Of a stretch of 64,000 nucleotides of DNA, positions 55,201 through 64,000 are shown piece by piece (position 1 is the stretch's first letter; every line of letters starts with the position of its first letter). Below the pieces are notes generated by a model. It was not told where the DNA came from. It ran no database searches and was given only the letters and a program-made list of their open reading frames with translations. The stretch is from Eledone cirrhosa (Eukaryota), in contig OZ024741.1 of the NCBI GenBank assembly GCA_964016885.1, positions 210,676,001 to 210,740,000 on the forward strand, written 5' to 3'. The translations under genes were made by a program, and so were the position numbers.

Positions 55201-58200
55201 TATCTCAGCCACAGTCCACTGTCTCAGCCTCAGTCCACCTATCTCAGCCACAGTCCACCTATCTCAGTCTCAGTCCACCTACCTCAGCCTCAGTCCACCT
55301 ATCTCAGCCACAGTCCACGTATCTCAGCCACAGTCCACTATCTCAGCCTCAGTCCACTGTCTCAGTCTCAGTCCACAGTCTCAGCCACAGTCCACTGTCT
55401 CAGCCACAGTCCACCTATCTCAGCCACAGTCCACTGTCTCAGCCTCAGTCCACCTATCTCAGCCACAGTCCACCTATCTCAGCCACAGTCCACTGTCTCA
55501 GCCTCAGTCCACCTATCTCAGCCACAGTCCACCTATCTCAGCCACAGTCCACTGTCTCAGCCACAGTCCATTGTCTCAGCCTCAGTCCACTGTCTCAGCC
55601 TCAGTACACCTATCTCAGCCACAGTCCACTGTCTCAGCCTCAGTCCACCTATCTCAGCCACAGTCCACCTATCTCAGCGACAGTCCACTGTCTCAGCCAC
55701 AGTCCACTGTCTCAGCCTCAGTCCACTGTCTCAGCCTCAGTCCACCTATCTCAGCCACAGTCCACTGTCTCAGCCACAGTCCACTGTCTCAGCCTCAGTT
55801 CACTGTCTCAGCCACAGTCCACTGTCTCAGCTACAGTCCACTGTCTGAGCCACAGTCCATTGTCTCAGCCTCAGTCCACTGTCTCAGCCTCAGTACACCT
55901 ATCTCAGCCACAGTCCACTGTCTCAGCCTCAGTCCACCTATCTCAGCCACAGTCCACCTATCTCAGCCACAGTCCACTGTCTCAGCCACAGTCCATTGTC
56001 TCAGCCTCAGTCCACTGTCTCATCCTCAGTACACCTATCACAGCCACAGTCCACTGTCTCAGCCTCAGTCCACCTATCTCAGCCACAGTCCACCTATCTC
56101 AGCCACAGTCCACTGTCTCAGCCACAGTCCATTGTCTCAGCCTCAGTCCACCGTCTCAGCCTCAGTACACCTATCTCAGCCACAGTCCACTGTCTCAGCC
56201 TCAGTCCACCTATCTCAGCCACAGTCCACCTATCTCAGCCACAGTCCACTGTCTCAGCCACAGTCCATTGTCTCAGCCTCAGTCCACTGTCTCATCCTCA
56301 GTACACCTATCACAGCCACAGTCCACTGTCTCAGCCTCAGTCCACCTATCTCAGCCACAGTCCACCTATCTCAGCCACAGTCCACTGTCTCAGCCACAGT
56401 CCATTGTCTCAGCCTCAGTCCACCGTCTCAGCCTCAGTACACCTATCTCAGCCAGAGTCCACCGTCTCAGCCACAGTCCACTGTCTCAGCCACAGTCCAC
56501 TGTCTCAGTCTCATTCCACTGTCTCAGCCTCAGTCCACCTATCTCAGTCTCAGTCCACTGTCTCTGCCTCAGTCCACCTATCTCAGTCACAGTCCACTGT
56601 CTCAGCCACAGTCCACTGTCTCAGCCACAGTCCACCTATCTCAGCCACAGTCCACCTATCTCAGCCACAGTCCACTTATCTCAGTCTCAGTCCACTGTCT
56701 CAGCCACAGTCCACTGTCTCAGCCTCAGTCCACTGTCTTAGCCTCAGTCCACCTATCTCAGTCTCAGTTCACTGTCTCAGCCACAGTCCACTGTCTCTAT
56801 CTCGGTCCACCTATCTCAGCCACAGTCCACTGTCTCAGCCACAGTCCACTGTCTCAGCCACAGTCCACTGTCTCAGCTACAGTCCACTGTCTCAGCCACA
56901 GTCCACTGTCTCAGCCTCAGTCCACTGTCTCAGCCACAGTCCACTTATCTCAGCCTCAGTCCACTGTCTCAGTCTCAGTCCACCTATCTCAGCCACAGTC
57001 CACTTATCTCAGCCACAGTCCACTGTCTCAGCCTCAGTCCACTGTCTCAGCCACAGTCCACTGTCTCAGCCACAGACCACTTATCTCAGTCGCAGTCCAC
57101 CTATCTCAGCCACAGTCCACTTATCTCAGTCTCAGTCCACTGTCTCAGCCACAGTCCACTGTCTCATCCTCAGTCCACCTATCTCAGCCACAGTCCACAG
57201 TCTCAGCCTCAGTCCACCTACCTCAGCCTCAGTCCACCTATCTCAGCCACAGTCCACGTATCTCAGCCACAGTCCACTGTCTCAGCCTCAGTCCACTGTC
57301 TCAGCCACAGTCCACTGTCTCAGCCTCAATACACCTATCTCAGCCACAGTCCACTGTCTCAGCCACAGTCCACCGTCTCAGCCACAGTCCACTGTCTCAG
57401 CCTCAGTCCACCTATCTCAGCCTCAGTCCACCTATCTCAGCCTCAGTCCACCGTCTCAGCCACAGTCCACTGTCTCAGCCTCAGTCCACCTATCTCAGTC
57501 TCAGTCCACTGTCTCAGCCACAGTCCACTGTCTCAGTCTCAGTCCACTGTCTCAGCCTCAGTCCACTGTCTCAGCCTCAGTCCACTGTCTCAGTCTCAGT
57601 CCACCTTTCTCAGTCTCAGTCCACCTATCTCAGCCACAGTCCACTGCCTCAACCACAGTCCACTGTCTCAGTCTCAGTCCACCTATCTCAGTCTCAGGCC
57701 ACTGTCTCAGCCACAGTCCACTGTCTCAGCCTCAGTCCACTGTCTCAGCCTCAGTCCACCTATCTCAACCACAGTCCACTGTCTCAGCCACAGTCCACTG
57801 TCTCTGCCTCAGTCCACTGTCTCAGCCACAGTCCACTTATCTCAGTCTCAGTCCACTGTCTCAGCCACAGTCCACTGTCTCAGTCTCAGTCCACTGTCTC
57901 AACCACAGTCCACTGACTCAGCCACAGTCCACTGTCTCAGCCTCAGTACACCTATCTCTGCCACAGTCCACTGTCTCAGCCTCAGTCCACTGTCTCAGCC
58001 TCAGTCCACTGTCTCAGCCTCAGTCCACTCTCTCAGCCACAGTGCACTTATCTCAGTCTCAGTCCACTGTCTCAGCCACAGTCCACTGTCTCAGCCTCAG
58101 TCCACCTATCTCAGCCACAGTCCACTTATCTCAGTCTCAGTCCACTGTCTCATCCTCAGTCAACCTATCTCAGCCACAGTCCACTGTCTCAGGCTCAGTC

Positions 58201-61200
58201 CACCTATCTCAGTCTCAGTCCACCTATATCAGCTTCAGTCCACCTATCTCAGCCGCAGTCCACCTATCTCAGCCTCAGTCCACTGTCTCAGTCTCAGTCC
58301 ACTGTCTCAGCCACAGTCCACTGTCTCAGCCACAGTCCACCTATCTCAGCCTCAGTCCACTGTCTCAGTCTCAGTCCACTGTCTCAGCCACAGTCCACCT
58401 ATCTCAGCCACAGTCCACCTATCTCAGCCACAGACCACTTATCTCAGTCTCAGTCCACCTATCTCAGTCTCAGTCCACTGTCTCAGCCTCAGTCCACCTA
58501 TCTCAGTCACAGTCCACCTATCTCAGTCTCAGTCCACTGTCTCAGCCACAGACCACTTATCTCAGTCTCAGTCCACCTATCTCAGTCTCAGTCCACCTAT
58601 CTCAGCCTCAGTCCACCTATCTCAGCCACAGTCCACCTATCTCAGCCACAGTCCACTGTCTCATCCTCAGTCAACCTATCTCAGCCACAGTCCACAGTCT
58701 CAGCCTCAGTCCACCTATCTCAGCCAGAGTCTCACTGTCTCAGCCTCAGTCCACTCTCTCAGCCACAGTCCACCTATCTCAGCCTCAGTCCACTGTCTCA
58801 GTCTCAGTCCACTGTCTCAGCCACAGTCCACTGTCTCAGCCACAGTCCACCTATCTCAGCCTCAGTCCACTGTCTCAGTCTCAGTCCACTGTCTCAGCCA
58901 CAGTCCACCTATCTCAGCCACAGTCCACCTATCTCAGCCACAGACCACTTATCTCAGTCTCAGTCCACCTATCTCAGTCTCAGTCCACTGTCTCAGCCTC
59001 AGTCCACCTATCTCAGTCACAGTCCACCTATCTCAGTCTCAGTCCACTGTCTCAGCCACAGACCACTTATCTCAGTCTCAGTCCACCTATCTCAGTCTCA
59101 GTCCACCTATCTCAGCCTCAGTCCACCTATCTCAGCCACAGTCCACCTATCTCAGCCACAGTCCACTGTCTCATCCTCAGTCAACCTATCTCAGCCACAG
59201 TCCACAGTCTCAGCCTCAGTCCACCTATCTCAGCCACAGTCTCACTGTCTCAGCCTCAGTCCACTCTCTCAGCCACAGTCCACTTATCTCAGTCTCAGTC
59301 CACTGTCTCAGCCACAGTCCACTGTCTCAGCCTCAGTCCACCTATCTCAGCCACAGTCCACTTATCTCAGTCTCAGTCCACTGTCTCATCCTCAGTCAAC
59401 CTATCTCAGCCACAGTCCACTGTCTCAGCCTCAGTCCACTGTCTCAGCCACAGTCCACAGTCTCAGCCTCAGTCCGCCTATCTCAGTCTCAGTCCACCTA
59501 TCTCAGTCTCAGTCCACCTATCTCAGCTTCAGTCCACCTATCTCAGCCACAGTCCACCTATCTCAGCCTCAGTCCACTGTCTCAGTCTCAGTCCACTGTC
59601 TCAGCCACAGTCCACCTATCTCAGCCTCAGTCCACTGTCTCAGTCTCAGTCCACTGTCTCAGCCACAGTCCACCTATCTCAGCCACAGTCCACCTATCTC
59701 AGCCACAGACCACTTATCTCAGTCTCAGTCCACCTATCTCAGTCTCAGTCCACTGTCTCAGCCTCAGTCCACCTATCTCAGTCACAGTCCACCTATCTCA
59801 GTCTCAGTCCACTGTCTCAGCCACAGACCACTTATCTCAGTCTCAGTCCACCTATCTCAGCCTCAGTCCACCTATCTCAGCCACAGTCCACCTATCTCAG
59901 CCACAGTGCACTGTCTCATCCTCAGTCAACCTATCTCAGCCACAGACCACAGTCTCAGCCTCAGTCCACCTATCTCAGTCTCAGTCCACCTACCTCAGCC
60001 TCAGTCCACCTATCTCAGCCATAGTCCACCTATCTCAGCCACAGTCCACTGTCTCATCCTCAGTCAACCTATCTCAGCCTCAGTCCACTGTCTCAGTCTC
60101 AGTCCACTGTCTCAGCCACAGTCCACTGTCTCAGCCTCAGTACACCTATCTCAGCCACAGTCCACTGTCTCAGCCTCAGTACACCTATCTCAGTCTCAGT
60201 CCACTGTCTCAGCCACAGTCCAGTGTCTCAGCCACAATCCACCTAACTCAGCCAGAGTCCACTGTCTCAGCCACAGTCCACTGTCTCAGCCTCAGTCCAC
60301 TGTGTCAGCCTCAGTCCACCTATCTCAGCCACAGTCCACCTATCTCAGCCACAGTCCACTGTCTCAGCCTCAGTCCACCTATCTCAGCCACAGTCCACCT
60401 ATCTCAGTCTCAGTCCACCTACCTCAGCCTCAGTCCACCTATCTCAGCCACAGTCCACGTATCTCAGCCACAGTCCACTATCTCAGCCTCAGTCCACTGT
60501 CTCAGTCTCAGTCCACAGTCTCAGCCACAGTCCACTGTCTCAGCCACAGTCCACCTATCTCAGCCACAGTCCACTGTCTCAGCCTCACTCCACCTATCTC
60601 AGCCACAGTCCACCTATCTCAGCCACAGTCCACTGTCTCAGCCTCAGTCCACCTATCTCAGCCACAGTCCACCTATCTCAGCCACAGTCCACTGTCTCAG
60701 CCACAGTCCATTGTCTCAGCCTCAGTCCACTGTCTCAGCCTCAGTACACCTATCTCAGCCACAGTCCACTGTCTCAGCCTCAGTCCACCTATCTCAGCCA
60801 CAGTCCACCTATCTCAGCGACAGTCCACTGTCTCAGCCACAGTCCACTGTCTCAGCCTCAGTCCACTGTCTCAGCCTCAGTCCACCTATCTCAGCCACAG
60901 TCCACTGTCTCAGCCACAGTCCACTGTCTCAGCCTCAGTTCACTGTCTCAGCCACAGTCCACTGTCTCAGCTACAGTCCACTGTCTGAGCCACAGTCCAT
61001 TGTCTCAGCCTCAGTCCACTGTCTCAGCCTCAGTACACCTATCTCAGCCACAGTCCACTGTCTCAGCCTCAGTCCACCTATCTCAGCCACAGTCCACCTA
61101 TCTCAGCCACAGTCCACTGTCTCAGCCACAGTCCATTGTCTCAGCCTCAGTCCACTGTCTCATCCTCAGTACACCTATCACAGCCACAGTCCACTGTCTC

Positions 61201-62280
61201 AGCCTCAGTCCACCTATCTCAGCCACAGTCCACCTATCTCAGCCACAGTCCACTGTCTCAGCCACAGTCCATTGTCTCAGCCTCAGTCCACCGTCTCAGC
61301 CTCAGTACACCTATCTCAGCCACAGTCCACTGTCTCAGCCACAATCCACCTATCTCAGCCAGAGTCCACCGTCTCAGCCACAGTCCACTGTCTCAGCCAC
61401 AGTCCACTGTCTCAGTCTCATTCCACTGTCTCAGCCTCAGTCCACCTATCTCAGTCTCAGTCCACTGTCTCTGCCTCAGTCCACCTATCTCAGTCACAGT
61501 CCACTGTCTCAGCCACAGTCCACTGTCTCAGCCACAGTCCACCTATCTCAGCCACAGTCCACCTATCTCAGCCACAGTCCACTTATCTCAGTCTCAGTCC
61601 ACTGTCTCAGCCACAGTCCACTGTCTCAGCCTCAGTCCACTGTCTTAGCCTCAGTCCACCTATCTCAGTCTCAGTTCACTGTCTCAGCCACAGTCCACTG
61701 TCTCTATCTCGGTCCACCTATCTCAGCCACAGTCCACTGTCTCAGCCACAGTCCACTGTCTCAGCCACAGTCCACTGTCTCAGCTACAGTCCACTGTCTC
61801 AGCCACAGTCCACTGTCTCAGCCTCAGTCCACTGTCTCAGCCACAGTCCACTTATCTCAGCCTCAGTCCACTGTCTCAGTCTCAGTCCACCTATCTCAGC
61901 CACAGTCCACTTATCTCAGCCACAGTCCACTGTCTCAGCCTCAGTCCACTGTCTCAGCCACAGTCCACTGTCTCAGCCACAGACCACTTATCTCAGTCGC
62001 AGTCCACCTATCTCAGCCACAGTCCACTTATCTCAGTCTCAGTCCACTGTCTCAGCCACAGTCCACTGTCTCATCCTCAGTCCACCTATCTCAGCCACAG
62101 TCCACAGTCTCAGCCTCAGTCCACCTACCTCAGCCTCAGTCCACCTATCTCAGCCACAGTCCACGTATCTCAGCCACAGTCCACTGTCTCAGCCTCAGTC
62201 CACTGTCTCAGCCACAGTCCACTGTCTCAGCCTCAATACACCTATCTCAGCCACAGTCCACTGTCTCAGCCACAGTCCAC
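52250..62280. repeat. Higher-order tandem duplication, period 5140 bp, changing to 4907 bp after internal indels
   Basis: Stops at 52776/57916 and 54884/60024 and starts at 54766/59906, 55571/60711 and 55996/61136 give 5140. Stops at 56741/61648 give 4907. Confidence 0.92.
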
Positions 62281-64000
62281 TGTCTCAGCCTCAGTCCACT
62301 GTCTCAGCCACAGTCCACCTATCTCAGCCACAGTCCACTGTCTCAGCCACAGTCCACCTATCTCAGCCTCAGTCCACTGTCTCAGTCTCAGTCCACTGTC
62401 TCAGCCACAGTCCACTGTCTCAGCCTCAGTCCACCTATCTCAGCCACAGTCCACTTATCTCAGTCTCAGTCCACTGTCTCATCCTCAGTCAACCTATCTC
62501 AGCCACAGTCCACTGTCTCAGCCTCAGTCCACTGTCTCAGCCACAGTCCACAGTCTCAGCCTCAGTCCACCTATCTCAGTCTCAGTCCACCTATCTCAGT
62601 CTCAGTCCACCTATCTCAGCTTCAGTCCACCTATCTCAGCCACAGTCCACCAATCTCAGCCTCAGTCCACTGTCTCAGTCTCAGTCCACTGTCTCAGCCA
62701 CAGTCCACTGTCTCAGCCACAGACCACTTATCTCAGTCTCAGTCCACCTATCTCAGTCTCAGTCCACCTATCTCAGCCTCAGTCCACCTATCTCAGCCAC
62801 AGTCCACCTATCTCAGCCACAGTCCACTGTCTCATCCTCAGTCAACCTATCTCAGCCACAGTCCACAGTCTCAGCCTCAGTCCACCTATCTCAGCCACAG
62901 TCTCACTGTCTCAGCCTCAGTCCACTCTCTCAGCCACAGTCCACTTATGTCAGTCTCAGTCCACTGTCTCAGCCACAGTCCACTGTCTCAGCCTCAGTCC
63001 ACTGTCTCAGCCACAGTCCACAGTCTCAGCCTCAGTCCACCTATCTCAGTCTCAGTCCACCTATCTCAGTCTCAGTCCACCTATCTCAGCTTCAGTCCAC
63101 CTCTCTCAGCCACAGTCCACCTATCTCAGCCTCAGTCCACTGTCTCAGTCTCAGTCCACTCTCTCAGCCACAGTCCACTGTCTCAGCCACAGTCCACCTA
63201 TCTCAGCCTCAGTCCACTGTCTCAGTCTCAGTCCACTGTCTCAGCCACAGTCCACCTATCTCAGCCACAGTCCACCTATCTCAGCCACAGACCACTTATC
63301 TCAGTCTCAGTCCACCTATCTCAGTCTCAGTCCACTGTCTCAGCCTCAGTCCACCTATCTCAGTCACAGTCCACCTATCTCAGTCTCAGTCCACTGTCTC
63401 AGCCACAGACCACTTATCTCAGTCTCAGTCCACCTATCTCAGCCACAGTCCACTGTCTCATCCTCAGTCAACCTATCTCAGCCACAGTCCACAGTCTCAG
63501 CCTCAGTCCACCTATCTCAGTCTCAGTCCACCTACCTCAGCCTCAGTCCACCTATCTCAGCCATAGTCCACCTATCTCAGCCTCAGTCCACTGTCTCAGT
63601 CTCAGTCCACTGTCTCAGCCACAGTCCACTGTCTCAGCCTCAGTACACCTATCTCAGCCACAGTCCACTGTCTCAGCCTCAGTACACCTATCTCAGTCTC
63701 AGTCCACTGTCTCAGCCACAGTCCGCTGTCTCAGCCACAATCCACCTAACTCAGCCAGAGTCCACTGTCTCAGCCACAGTCCACTGTCTCAGCCTCAGTC
63801 CACTGTCTCAGCCTCAGTCCACCTATCTCAGCCACAGTCCACCTATCTCAGCCACAGTCCACTGTCTCAGCCTCAGTCCACCTATCTCAGCCACAGTCCA
63901 CCTATCTCAGTCTCAGTCCACCTACCTCAGCCTCAGTCCACCTATCTCAGCCTCAGTCCACCTATCTCAGCCACAGTCCACCTATCTCAGCCACAGTGCA

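Larger units (their letters stand above)
1..64000. repeat. Tandem satellite/minisatellite array of interspersed 19-bp (CTGTCTCAGCCWCAGTCCA) and 20-bp (CCTATCTCAGCCWCAGTCCA) monomers, about 3,300 units, head-to-tail
   Basis: Every line consists of these two units or 1-2 nt variants of them. No inversion or non-repeat insertion was seen. The unit count is estimated as 64000/19.4. The array is truncated by both window edges. Confidence 0.99.
40380..64000. repeat. Right array domain with more diverged monomers and a distinct variant set
   Basis: Frequent CACTTATC, CTCATCCTCAGTCAACC, GTCCACAGTCTC, GTACACC, AGCTTCAG, CCTACCTC and AGTCTCACTG variants and longer runs of 20-bp units. These are rare or absent to the left. 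Confidence 0.85.

Noticed and set aside
1624-63566. Long + strand ORFs (up to 6338 aa) as mucin-like or structural protein genes
   Set aside because: They overlap in all three frames with the same peptide words, and their starts and stops are sporadic point variants of the repeat. The unit lengths of 19 and 20 bp do not preserve frame, and there is no non-repetitive domain or signal peptide.
1-64000. CRISPR array or other repeat-spacer system
   Set aside because: The units are directly abutted with no unique spacers, and there is no leader or cas gene.
1-64000. Monomer order as a functional information-storing code
   Set aside because: The order is explained by nested duplications and whole-monomer indels, and nothing in the window indicates a reader or selection on the order.

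Overview
The whole 64 kb window is one uninterrupted, single-orientation tandem repeat array (satellite or very large minisatellite) that runs off both ends. It is built from two interspersed monomers: A, 19 bp (CTGTCTCAGCC[A/T]CAGTCCA), and B, 20 bp (CCTATCTCAGCC[A/T]CAGTCCA), with a common TCTCAG variant in the middle hexamer. I found no gene, RNA gene, transposon, CRISPR spacer or unique sequence. The giant S/Q/P/H/V/L/C-rich ORFs arise because neither monomer has a stop codon in any + strand frame. The real structure is higher order. Rare point variants mark nested duplications with offsets of 332, 757, 1546, 2615, 1976, 1704 (three tandem copies), 2249, 6922, 1061 inside 4100, 2956, 510 and 5140 bp. 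The array also splits into three domains with different variant vocabularies (about 1-31.6 kb, 31.6-40.4 kb and 40.4-64 kb). The source organism cannot be determined from this sequence, although a eukaryotic heterochromatic, centromeric or subtelomeric locus is the likeliest context. All offsets were read by eye and block boundaries are approximate.
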